From Candidatus Multivorans sp. (GTDB lineage: Bacteria; Acidobacteriota; Thermoanaerobaculia; Multivoradales; Multivoraceae): 64,000 bases of DNA. The DNA is taken from contig OZ245033.1 of the NCBI GenBank assembly GCA_965224025.1, positions 3,808,001-3,872,000 on the forward strand. Reading direction: 5' to 3'. The position numbers and the translations under genes were made by a program. Shown here in pieces: positions 38,257 through 47,126 of the stretch. Under the pieces are notes generated by a model. That model did no database searches, had not been told where the DNA came from, and saw nothing but the letters and a program-made list of their open reading frames with translations. Every line of letters starts with the position of its first letter. The first letter of the stretch is position 1.

Positions 38257-40842
38257 CTAGCGCGGTTTCTCGCCGCCGACCCACCATGGGCTCGACCACG
38301 CGAGGTGGCCGTCGATCTGCTCGACGCGCAGGTAGTACCAGTCCTCCTGGTCGCCGAAGTCGGTGAAGCGGAAGGTCACGTCGTCGCGGAGCCCCTCAAG
38401 GAGGTCGACCCGCACGCTGTCCTGGTAGTCGCCCTCATGGAACACGTGCTCGTTGCCGCCGCGTGAGGCGGAGCCCGCCCCGGGATCCTCAGGCAGAGCC
38501 AGCGTGAAGCCGGCGGCGGCGAACTGCTGCGGAGTCCGCACCTGAGTCGGCGCCGTGCCGTACTCGAACCCGGCTTCGATCTCGAAGTTGAGCCGGACCT
38601 CCGACGGATCGCCCTCCAGCACCAGGGCGAAGGAGCGCCGCGACCCGCGGGTGGTCACGTCGAAGCGGGCGCCGTTGCCGTCGACGCCGAAGCGGTCGGC
38701 CGGCAGCGGCGTACCGATGAGCCTGCCGCTCACCAGTTCCGCCCCCTCGACGGTCACGTTCCCAGCCCACGGGCGCTGGCCGCGCGGGTTGTCCCGGATG
38801 TCCACCCAGGTCTCGGAAAAGAAGCTGATCAAGGCCTCGAACCGGCCGTCCGGCAGCGCCGAACCGCCGGCGCCGCGGGTGTCGAAGGTGGCCACGACTT
38901 CGCCGTTGCGGATCAGGTCGACCCGGCGAATCGGCGCCGTGCCGATCGCACGTCCATCGAGCACGCGGCGGTCCGTCTGGTCCAGTTCACTGCCCATGGG
39001 AGCGCCATTCAAGCGGGCATCGAGCACGATCCGCTGCGCTCCCGTGGTGGCGTATGCCAGGCGCGACTTGAGGGCGCCGAAAACGGCATCCGTGGTACGA
39101 GCCGGCGCCCACGCCGCCGCGAGACCGCCGAACTGGAAGATGTTCGACCGACGCCCGGACGCCGCGGCCTGGTGACCGGGCGAATAGCCCGGATGACCCC
39201 GGTGATCGTCCGACGCGGACACGAAGCCGACCCGGAAGCCCTGCTCGAGGTAGCGGCTGCCGAACCACTCGAAGGTGCCGTGGCCCGACATGATCTCGAT
39301 CAGGTTCTCCATCTGGAAGTCGTTCTGCCGCCAGTCGCCGTTCTGGTGGGCGTGCGGAATGATCAGAACGTCGTCCGTGTCGTACTCGGCGCGCAGGCCC
39401 CGGTAGAGTTCGGACAGGTTCGGCGCCACCTGGACGCCGACGCGCCGCATGTCGGCGCGGCGGAAGAACACGTTGTGGTGGCCGCCGCGCTGGCGCGGCG
39501 AGGTCCACTCGTATCCCGCAAAGACCAGCAACTCGCCTTCGCGGTGGTACTCCTGAACCGCGTCCGTCAACTCCTCCCAGAGCCCGTCAGTGAGCCAGAG
39601 GTCGTGCTCACTCAGGGTGACGAAGTCCAGCGTGGCGTCGTCACGGGCGAAGGCGAAGTACCCCTCCGGCGTGCCCTGGCCCTCGGCGAAGCCGGAGTGG
39701 CCGTGCGTCTCGCCCCAGTACAGGCGGTGCTCGGGGTCGGCCTTCACCCAGATCGGATTGGCGGCGCCCGTCACCTCCCCGTCCGGACTGCGGAAGGTGT
39801 AGCGCTGCACGCCCTCGCCCTCGGCCGTGACCTCCATCAGGTGGATCGCCCGGCCGGCCGGCAGCTCACCCACCTGCTCGCCGTCGCGGAACACCTGGAG
39901 GCCCGGAATGTCCCGGCTCGCCCGGTTGTAGCGCCGGTCCTCGCTGCGCACCGAGATGACGAAGGTCTCCCCGTCACCGACGACGGACGGGGCGAAGCCG
40001 TGAACCCGCTCCGCCGCTCCGCCCACGACCTCGAAGGTCGCCGGCGGCATTTCGTAGACCCTGCCGTCGCCCGGGTCGACGTGCATCGGCAGGGCGATCC
40101 GGTCGTTGCTGAACTCGCCGACTCCGAGACCCCGGCCGCCACCGCTCCTGTCGCCGTAGGTCAACGTGATCGTGTCGCCGGCCTCCAGATTCCCGCCGCG
40201 AACGCGGTACGTGGGGAACCCCGCCGGACTGCGGAAGCCACCGTACGGGCCCCAGATCGGGTGCGCGTCCTGCTCCAGGCTGATGCCTTCCCTGCTCACC
40301 AGGGCGGAGACGTAGTGATCCCCGGCTGGGTCCGCGGTCTGCAGCCGGCCGTAGCCGCCGGCGCCCTGCGTCGAGATCACGATTCCACCGCCTTCCTCCA
40401 TGCCGAGCGAGCCGACCATGTAGACAACCTCGAGACTGGCCCAACTGCGCGCCTCGAACACCTCGGACCCGGTGCGCGTCACGGTGCCGAGCGCCTCCTC
40501 GTCCTCGTCGAGCCAGGCGAGCTGCCGCACGTAGTCGTCCACCGCTTCGACCTGGAACGGCGCCAGTTCGCTGCCGGGCCGGGGAAACGGGCCGTAGAAC
40601 GCGATGAGGGGCAGGTTCTTGGGTACGAAGGCCCCCTGGAGCGAGACCGCGTTCGCCCACTCCCAGAGAACCGCTACCCGCTCGGCAATGTTCGAGGCGG
40701 TGGTCGGCGAGCGGTCGACCTCCGCGATCAGGGCATCGACGCGAGGCCTGAGATCCCCCTCCAGTTCCTGGCCGACGGACGCCGGCGTCACCACCAGGCC
40801 ACCCAAAGCGACAAGAACGAGTCCACCGATCAGTTTCCGCAC
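38257..40842 (-). CDS. DUF3604 (PHP-like metallohydrolase) protein with N-terminal extension
   Basis: YWGETHGHS, LDFVTLSEHD, GYEWT, GHHNV, IPHAH, SASDDH, WYYLRV....AWSSPWW. Confidence 0.75.
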   Translation of the reverse strand: MRKLIGGLVLVALGGLVVTPASVGQELEGDLRPRVDALIAEVDRSPTTASNIAERVAVLWEWANAVSLQGAFVPKNLPLIAFYGPFPRPGSELAPFQVEAVDDYVRQLAWLDEDEEALGTVTRTGSEVFEARSWASLEVVYMVGSLGMEEGGGIVISTQGAGGYGRLQTADPAGDHYVSALVSREGISLEQDAHPIWGPYGGFRSPAGFPTYRVRGGNLEAGDTITLTYGDRSGGGRGLGVGEFSNDRIALPMHVDPGDGRVYEMPPATFEVVGGAAERVHGFAPSVVGDGETFVISVRSEDRRYNRASRDIPGLQVFRDGEQVGELPAGRAIHLMEVTAEGEGVQRYTFRSPDGEVTGAANPIWVKADPEHRLYWGETHGHSGFAEGQGTPEGYFAFARDDATLDFVTLSEHDLWLTDGLWEELTDAVQEYHREGELLVFAGYEWTSPRQRGGHHNVFFRRADMRRVGVQVAPNLSELYRGLRAEYDTDDVLIIPHAHQNGDWRQNDFQMENLIEIMSGHGTFEWFGSRYLEQGFRVGFVSASDDHRGHPGYSPGHQAAASGRRSNIFQFGGLAAAWAPARTTDAVFGALKSRLAYATTGAQRIVLDARLNGAPMGSELDQTDRRVLDGRAIGTAPIRRVDLIRNGEVVATFDTRGAGGSALPDGRFEALISFFSETWVDIRDNPRGQRPWAGNVTVEGAELVSGRLIGTPLPADRFGVDGNGARFDVTTRGSRRSFALVLEGDPSEVRLNFEIEAGFEYGTAPTQVRTPQQFAAAGFTLALPEDPGAGSASRGGNEHVFHEGDYQDSVRVDLLEGLRDDVTFRFTDFGDQEDWYYLRVEQIDGHLAWSSPWWVGGEKPR

Positions 40843-40937
40843 AACGCTGCCTCCCTTCGCGATCCGGCGCGAGAAATCCAAACGACGATAGTAGAACGAA
40901 TAGTAGACTCTCGCGACACTACTCTCGAGGAGAACCG

Positions 40938-42863
40938 ATGAAGAAGCTCACGATGGTCGCGGCGATGGCGGCGTTCTCCGCCTTCCTGCTTGTCGCCTGC
41001 GCTCCCGGCGACGACGCTGCCGACGGCGACGCGGCGACGGCGGGCGTCGCGGAAGGCCCGAACCCGACCCGGAACGCCTACTTCGGCGACCTCCACGTCC
41101 ACACGCGCTACTCCTTCGACGCCTTCATCTTCGGCACCACGACGGACCCGAACGACGCCTACGAGTTCGCCAAGGGCGGGACGATCAAGCATCCCGCCGG
41201 CTTCGACATGAAGCTCGACCGGCCTCTCGACTTCCAGGGCGTGACCGACCACGGCATGTACCTCGGCATGCTCCCGGCGATGACCGAGGAGGGTTCGCCT
41301 GCCTATGACCACCCGATCGCCGCCGACATGCGCGTGGCCGAAGAGGCCGACGAGCGTCGCGGCATCTTCGTCGGCATGCGCCCCTACCTGGCCGCCCGGG
41401 CGGGAGAGGACGAGCATCTCAACATGGACGTCGTCCGGGGCGCCTGGTCCAAGATCATCGAGGCGGCCGAGGCGCACAACGATCCGGGGAACTTCACGAC
41501 CTTCATCGCCTACGAGTACACGTCGTCCGGCTATGAGCGGGACAACCTGCACCGCAACGTGGTCTTCCGCGGTTCCGAGCATCCGGACGCACCGTTCAGT
41601 CGGACCGACTCTCAGAACCCCGAGGACCTCTGGGCCGCGATGGACGGGTGGCGGGAGCAGGGGATCGAAGCGCTCGCGATTCCGCACAACTCGAACGGCT
41701 CCGGCGGCCGCATGTTCGAGATGGAGAAGTTCTACGGCGACCCGCTCGACGACGAGTACGTCGACCTCCGGATGCGCAACGAACCGATCGTGGAGATGAC
41801 TCAGGTCAAGGGCACCTCGGACACCCACCCGGCGCTGTCGCCCAACGACGAGTGGGCCGACTTCGAGATCATGCCGTACAAGATCGCGACCACGATCATC
41901 AGCGACCCGCCCGGTAGCTACGTCCGCGACGCGCTGATCCGGGGTCTCCGGCTCGCCGACGGCGGCCTCGCGAACCCGTACAAGTTCGGCCTCATCGGCG
42001 CCAGCGACAACCACGTCTCGGGCGGAGCCTTCAACGAGGACAACTACTGGTCCAAGGTCGGGATCCTCGATGCCACCGCCGAGCTTCGGGGTTCGGTGCC
42101 CGGCACCGGCGCCAACCAGACCACGGGCGATCCGGCCCAACAGTCCGATTCCTCGATCCGCACCGACGACGGCTCGGGCCGCACCTTCCGCGACACCTAC
42201 TACTACACCTGGGGCGCCTCCGGCCTGGCCGGCGTCTGGGCCGAGGAGAACACCCGCGAGTCGATCTTCGACGCCATGCGGCGCAAGGAGACCTTCGCCA
42301 CCTCCGGACCGCGCATGAAGATCCGGTTCTTCGCCGGCGACTTCGAAGACGGCGACCTGGACGACGCCGAGTTCCTGACCAAGGCCTACGCCGAGGGCGT
42401 GCCCATGGGCGGCGACCTGCTGGCCGCCGATGACGCCTCGGCGCCGACCTTCGCCGTCATGGCGATGCGCGATTCGATGGGAGCGCCGCTGCAGCGGCTG
42501 CAGGTGATCAAGGGATCGTCGAAGGACGGCGAAGGGTCCGAGGTCGTCTACGACGTGGCCTGCTCCGACGGCGCCGCCGTCGACCCGGCCACCAACCGCT
42601 GCCCCGACAACGGCGCAATGGTCGATCTCGCCACTTGCGAAATCAGCGCCGACTCCGGCGCCGACGAACTGAAGGCGGTCTGGACCGACCCGGACTTCGA
42701 CGCCTCGGAGCGCGCCTTCTACTACGTCCGGGCGCTCGAGAACCCCACCTGCCGCTGGTCGACCTGGGACGCCATGCGCGCCGGCGTCGAACCACGCCAG
42801 GACATCTCGCCGACCCTCCAGGAACGCGCCTGGTCATCGCCCATCTGGTACAACGCGGACTAG
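40938..42863 (+). CDS. DUF3604 domain lipoprotein
   Basis: Lipobox LVAC, FGDLHVHT.YSFDA, VTDH, AYEYT, NLHRNV, IPHNSN, ASDNH, FYYVRALENPTCRWS, QERAWSSPIWY. Confidence 0.85.
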   Translation: MKKLTMVAAMAAFSAFLLVACAPGDDAADGDAATAGVAEGPNPTRNAYFGDLHVHTRYSFDAFIFGTTTDPNDAYEFAKGGTIKHPAGFDMKLDRPLDFQGVTDHGMYLGMLPAMTEEGSPAYDHPIAADMRVAEEADERRGIFVGMRPYLAARAGEDEHLNMDVVRGAWSKIIEAAEAHNDPGNFTTFIAYEYTSSGYERDNLHRNVVFRGSEHPDAPFSRTDSQNPEDLWAAMDGWREQGIEALAIPHNSNGSGGRMFEMEKFYGDPLDDEYVDLRMRNEPIVEMTQVKGTSDTHPALSPNDEWADFEIMPYKIATTIISDPPGSYVRDALIRGLRLADGGLANPYKFGLIGASDNHVSGGAFNEDNYWSKVGILDATAELRGSVPGTGANQTTGDPAQQSDSSIRTDDGSGRTFRDTYYYTWGASGLAGVWAEENTRESIFDAMRRKETFATSGPRMKIRFFAGDFEDGDLDDAEFLTKAYAEGVPMGGDLLAADDASAPTFAVMAMRDSMGAPLQRLQVIKGSSKDGEGSEVVYDVACSDGAAVDPATNRCPDNGAMVDLATCEISADSGADELKAVWTDPDFDASERAFYYVRALENPTCRWSTWDAMRAGVEPRQDISPTLQERAWSSPIWYNAD

Positions 42864-42881
42864 CAACTTGCGCGGCAGCTA

Positions 42882-42913
42882 CTGGGTGCTCCGGCGTCCC
42901 CGCCGGCATCCGG
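42882..42913 (-). repeat. REP-like hairpin repeat
   Basis: Minus strand CCGGATGCCGGCGGGGACGCCGGAGCACCCAG; same architecture as 7239 and 49233. Confidence 0.7.
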
Positions 42914-42932
42914 CTTGAGGGCAACGGGAACC

Positions 42933-43565
42933 ATGGACTTCGACGTTGCAATTCATCTCGGCACCGTCGAGCGTTCCGTGTCGTCGCCGGAACACGACAG
43001 CCAACCCGCTCGCGCAGTCACCCTGTCTCGCAGCTTCCCCACGACGGTCGAGGATCTCTGGGACGCCGTCACCAACGAGAAGCGCCTCCCACTCTGGTTT
43101 CTCCCGGTCGCCGGCGAACTCCAACTCGGCGGCCGCTATCAACTCGAGGGCAACGCCGGCGGCCTGATCACGGCGTGCGAGCCACCCGCACGTCTCGCGA
43201 TCACATGGGAGTTCGGCGACGACACGAGTTGGGTGGAAGTACGAATCTCAGACGATGGGCCGCGCCGCGCGCGACTCACCCTCACGCACACCGCGGAACT
43301 CTCGCCACATTGGGACCACTACGGACCCGGCGCAACCGGCGTCGGCTGGGAGTTGGGCCTCATGGGCCTTGCGCTACACATCACGCAGCCAGCCGAATCC
43401 CAACTGGACGAAGCCGCCTTCGCCGCTTCTCCCGACGGCAACGCGTTCATCAAAGCCAGCAGCGACGGCTGGGGACAGGCCGCAGTTGCCTCTGGAACGG
43501 AGCCCGACGCCGCCCACGCCGCCGCACGGCGCACCACCGCCTTCTACACCGGCGAATCCGCCTAG
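42933..43565 (+). CDS. SRPBCC/AHSA1 family protein
   Basis: DLWDAVT...RLPLWF.PV.GEL.LGGRYQLEGNAGG, GPGATGVGWE. Confidence 0.85.
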   Translation: MDFDVAIHLGTVERSVSSPEHDSQPARAVTLSRSFPTTVEDLWDAVTNEKRLPLWFLPVAGELQLGGRYQLEGNAGGLITACEPPARLAITWEFGDDTSWVEVRISDDGPRRARLTLTHTAELSPHWDHYGPGATGVGWELGLMGLALHITQPAESQLDEAAFAASPDGNAFIKASSDGWGQAAVASGTEPDAAHAAARRTTAFYTGESA

Positions 43566-45352
43566 TTGTCGCTGCGCAACACGGACACGAACGCTTCCTG
43601 GGGGATGTCGACGGAGCCGACGCGTTTCATGCGCTTCTTGCCCTCGCGCTGCTTCTCGAGCAGTTTGCGCTTGCGGGTGATGTCGCCGCCGTAGCACTTG
43701 GCGGTGACGTCCTTGCGGAAGGCGCCGATCGTGGTGCGGGCGATGATCTGACCGCCGATCGCCCCCTGGATGGCGATCTTGAACTGCTGGCGCGGGATCG
43801 TGTCCTTGAGGCGCTCGCAGTAGCGCAACGCCCGCCGCCGCGCCTTTTCCCGGTGCACGAGCTGCGACAGGGCATCGACCCGTTCGCCGTTGACGAGGAT
43901 GTCGACCTTGACCAGGTCCGTCACCCGTGACTCGATGAGTTCGTAGTCGAACGAGCCGTAGCCCTGGGTTACCGTCTTCAGGCGGTCGTAGAAGTCGAAG
44001 AGCACTTCGGCAAGCGGCAGTTCGCAGGTCAGTTCGACGCGTCCCACGGCCAGGTAGTGGATGTTCGTCTTGCCGCCGCGACGCTCCAGGCAGAGTTCCA
44101 TGACCGCCCCGAGGTAGCGCTCCGGCAGCATGATCGAGGCCTTGATGTACGGCTCGGCGACGGTCGCGATCTCGGAAGGGTCGGGATACGCCGACGGATT
44201 GTCGATCCGTCGCTTCGCGCCGTCCGACATCTCCACCAGGTACTGCACGGACGGCGCCGACAGCACCAGAGACAGCCCGTACTCGCGCTCCAGGCGCTCC
44301 TGCACCACGTCCAGGTGCAGCAGGCCCAGAAAGCCGCAGCGGAAGCCGAAGCCGAGGGCCGAGGACGAGTCCTTGTCGTAGGTCAGCGCTGCGTCGTTCA
44401 GAGCCAGCTTCTCGAGCGCGTGAGTCAGGTCCTCGTAGTTGTTGCTCGACACCGGGTAGATCGATGAGAAGACCACCGGCTTCGCCTCGCGATACCCGGG
44501 GATCGGTTCGACCGCGCCGTTCGCCGCGGTCGTGATCGTGTCGCCGATGTCGATTTCCGAGATGTTCCGGATCCCGGCGATCACGTAGCCCACCGCCCCG
44601 GCCTCCAGTTCCTCGGTCCGGCGCCGTTTGAGCAGCAGGGTCCCCACCTCCTCGACGTCGTGCTCGCTGCCGGTGTGCATCAGGCGCACCTTCTGCTTCG
44701 GCCGCAGAAGGCCGTCGCGCACCCGCACCAGCAGCACGACGCCGCGGTACGGGTCGTACTGGGCGTCGAACACCAGCGCCTTGAGCGGGGCTTCCAGCGT
44801 GCCCGACGGCGCCGGCAACCGGGCCGTGATCGCGTCCAAGACGTCCTCGACACCCTGGCCGGTCTTGGCCGAGCACTGCACCGCCTCGAACGGATCGAGC
44901 CCCAGGTCACTCTCGATCTCTTCCAGCACCCGGTCGACATCGGCAGAAGGAAGATCGATCTTGTTGATCACGGGAATGATCGCGAGGTCGTACTCGAGCG
45001 CCAGATAGAGGTTGGCTACTGTCTGCGCCTCCACTCCCTGGGAGGCGTCGATCAGCAGCAGCGCTCCTTCGCAGGACATGAGCGACCGCCGCACCTCGTG
45101 CGAGAAGTCGACATGGCCCGGCGTGTCGATCAGGTTCAAACGGCAGAGCCGGCCCTCGCCGTCGTGATGGCGCAGGGTGACCGTGTTGCTCTTGATCGTG
45201 ATCCCCCGCTCCCGTTCGATGTCCATCGAGTCCAGGATCTGGTCCCGAAACTGGCGATCCTCCACCGCGCCGCAGTGCTGGATCAGCCGGTCGGCAAGCG
45301 TCGACTTGCCGTGGTCGACGTGAGCGATGATGCAGAAGTTACGGACCGACAT
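43562..45352 (-). CDS. lepA: Elongation factor 4 (LepA)
   Basis: RNFCIIAHVDHGKSTLADR, ERERGITIK, GFRCGFLGLLH, AKCYGGDITRKRKLLEKQ. Confidence 0.97.
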   Translation of the reverse strand: MSVRNFCIIAHVDHGKSTLADRLIQHCGAVEDRQFRDQILDSMDIERERGITIKSNTVTLRHHDGEGRLCRLNLIDTPGHVDFSHEVRRSLMSCEGALLLIDASQGVEAQTVANLYLALEYDLAIIPVINKIDLPSADVDRVLEEIESDLGLDPFEAVQCSAKTGQGVEDVLDAITARLPAPSGTLEAPLKALVFDAQYDPYRGVVLLVRVRDGLLRPKQKVRLMHTGSEHDVEEVGTLLLKRRRTEELEAGAVGYVIAGIRNISEIDIGDTITTAANGAVEPIPGYREAKPVVFSSIYPVSSNNYEDLTHALEKLALNDAALTYDKDSSSALGFGFRCGFLGLLHLDVVQERLEREYGLSLVLSAPSVQYLVEMSDGAKRRIDNPSAYPDPSEIATVAEPYIKASIMLPERYLGAVMELCLERRGGKTNIHYLAVGRVELTCELPLAEVLFDFYDRLKTVTQGYGSFDYELIESRVTDLVKVDILVNGERVDALSQLVHREKARRRALRYCERLKDTIPRQQFKIAIQGAIGGQIIARTTIGAFRKDVTAKCYGGDITRKRKLLEKQREGKKRMKRVGSVDIPQEAFVSVLRSDN

Positions 45353-46733
45353 GGGCGCCCCGCATCCTATTGCGCCCGGCCCCGGGCCGGCATCTGCCAC
45401 CGCGTGCGCCTGCATCCGCCGCTGGGACTCTCCACCCTTTAGCAAATGTGTTTTGGGGAGGCTGCTGCGGGTCAGGGAGGTCATGCGACCTGGGCATGGC
45501 ATCGCTTGTTGGGGTCGAAGAGAGTCGGCCTCGGAGCATGGCGCAGGCGACGCCGAGGAGTCGGTCGACGAGTTGTCTGATGGCGCGTCCGTGCGTCTTT
45601 CCCTGGGCTTTCATGGCGTCGTACTTGGCGCGGCTGATCGGGTCGTGCTGGATGGCGACTCGTCCCCAGTGATAGACGGCGTCGCTGAGGTGTTCGTTGG
45701 CGGCGAGTCGTCGCATGACGATGAGCTTCTTGCCGGACTTGACGGTCACCGGCGCCACTCCGCAGAGGCAACGCAGTGCCTCGTGGTCTCTGCGGCCCAG
45801 GCTTTGATCGGCCTCGGAGAGCAGGGTGGCGAGGCCGACCTTGCCGAGTCCGGGCAGCGACCTGAGGATGGCGGCGTCGCTCGGCTTAGGGGAGTCGTCG
45901 TCGTTTTCCCGTTGGGCCGGGGCCTCGAGTGCGCGGGTCATCCGCTCCAGCCGCTTGTCGGCGTCGGCGAGTTGGCGGCAGACGGTGTCGAGCACCGGCC
46001 GGAGGAGTCCTATGTGTTCGACGGCGGCCTTAACGGTGTCCGGGGAAACGGCGATCGGCTCGGCCCGCAGTTGATCGCGCAGTTGGGCGGAGGTCAGGCG
46101 CCGGATGCGGTGTTCCTTGAGCAGTTTGGCGAGCGTGGCTTCGCGCAGCCGTCGAGCCTTGCCGGGGGTCGGCGCCAGTCGCCACAAGGCCAGCGCGAAG
46201 GGCGCCGACACCTCGTTCTTGACCACGGCGAGAAACTGCGGGTAGTAGCGCCAGAGCTGGTCGCGGACCTGGTTCTCCAGGCGGTTCTTCTGGCCGACCA
46301 ACTGCTTGCGGCCGCGGGACACCTCGCGCAGCATCACGATGGCGGCATCGGATGGTTGCACGCGGTTCAGGCACTCGGGGTCGGTGCGAAGCGCGGCGGC
46401 GAGCGCCCGTGCATCGCGGCGGTCATCCTTGGCGCCGGCGACGGAGAAGCGGTCCCTGAAGCGGTCGAGCTGCTTGGGGTTGATCGAATGCACGGCGAAG
46501 CCCCGCTCCAGGAGAGTCTCGACCACCGGTCCGTGCGGCACCTCGATGGCGACGCCGATCTCGTCCGGAGACGTCGGTCGGGTATGTCCAAGGAGCCAGT
46601 CGGCCATGGCGGCAAGTCCCTTGCCGCTGTGGTCGAACGCCCGCTCCCCCCTCACCTTGCCGTCCCGATCCAGCACACACACGTGGTGGGTCTCGGACCC
46701 CCAGTCCACGCCGGCGAACCACGTCCTGGTCAT
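45339..46733 (-). CDS. IS110 DEDD recombinase/transposase, apparently frameshifted near the C-terminus
   Basis: FAGVDWG (D), AIE (E), KDDRRDA (D,D), APVTVKSG (Ser); GGAGG RBS. An alternative frame gives TLFDPNKRCHAQVA* ending at 45481. Confidence 0.9.
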   Translation of the reverse strand: MTRTWFAGVDWGSETHHVCVLDRDGKVRGERAFDHSGKGLAAMADWLLGHTRPTSPDEIGVAIEVPHGPVVETLLERGFAVHSINPKQLDRFRDRFSVAGAKDDRRDARALAAALRTDPECLNRVQPSDAAIVMLREVSRGRKQLVGQKNRLENQVRDQLWRYYPQFLAVVKNEVSAPFALALWRLAPTPGKARRLREATLAKLLKEHRIRRLTSAQLRDQLRAEPIAVSPDTVKAAVEHIGLLRPVLDTVCRQLADADKRLERMTRALEAPAQRENDDDSPKPSDAAILRSLPGLGKVGLATLLSEADQSLGRRDHEALRCLCGVAPVTVKSGKKLIVMRRLAANEHLSDAVYHWGRVAIQHDPISRAKYDAMKAQGKTHGRAIRQLVDRLLGVACAMLRGRLSSTPTSDAMPRSHDLPDPQQPPQNTFAKGWRVPAADAGARGGRCRPGAGRNRMRGAHVGP

Positions 46734-47044
46734 CTCGTCCTCCTTCTCCCTTGCGGTAGTGTTGCCTGGTCGGCATGCCGCGTTGCCTGCCCGTACCTGT
46801 ACTGGTGCTCTAAGGCACTGACTCTCCACTGGGCGTCCAACGCGGCGAAGCAGCCAGGGCACGGGTCCCAGCCAGGTGCTCGAAGCACAGTGCGCCGGTG
46901 GTTGCTCCTGGCTGCTTGCCGACTTTCCTTCAGTGACTCCGGCAGGCCGGAGACGCAACCGACCGGCGGTCTCGGCTGCGGAAGCTGCCGGTCCATTCCA
47001 CCTCTCTCAACGACACGCCAGAATGCATCCCGGAAAGGTACAGG
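45425..47044 (-). mobile_element. IS110-family element (IS110 group, non-coding end upstream of the recombinase), CC core at both junctions
   Basis: Minus-strand junctions GGCGTA|CC|TGTACC and GGAGAGT|CC|CAGC; no terminal inverted repeats; DEDD recombinase inside. Confidence 0.9.
46778..47028 (-). ncRNA. Predicted bridge RNA of the IS110 element
   Basis: 5' stem-loops, a target-binding loop closed by AAGCAGCCAGG/CCTGGCTGCTT, and a donor-binding loop closed by CCGCGTTG/CAACGCGG. Guide segments match the junctions. Ends approximate. Confidence 0.85.
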
Positions 47045-47126
47045 TACGCCGGCCTCCGGCCGGCATCCGCCGAAGGCGGAATCCGGAACAACCACCTCGA
47101 CCTGGGAGTTGCTAACTTCCCACACC

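Noticed and set aside
45395-45445. Hybrid IS-host promoter driving lepA from the IS -35 (TTGCTA)
   Set aside because: In the integrated state the sequence 17 bp downstream is GCGGCG, not a -10 box.
45327-47126. 903-aa plus-strand ORF apparently fusing a long N-terminus to arginase
   Set aside because: The upstream part is the antisense shadow of the IS110 recombinase; arginase motifs start at ATG 47127.
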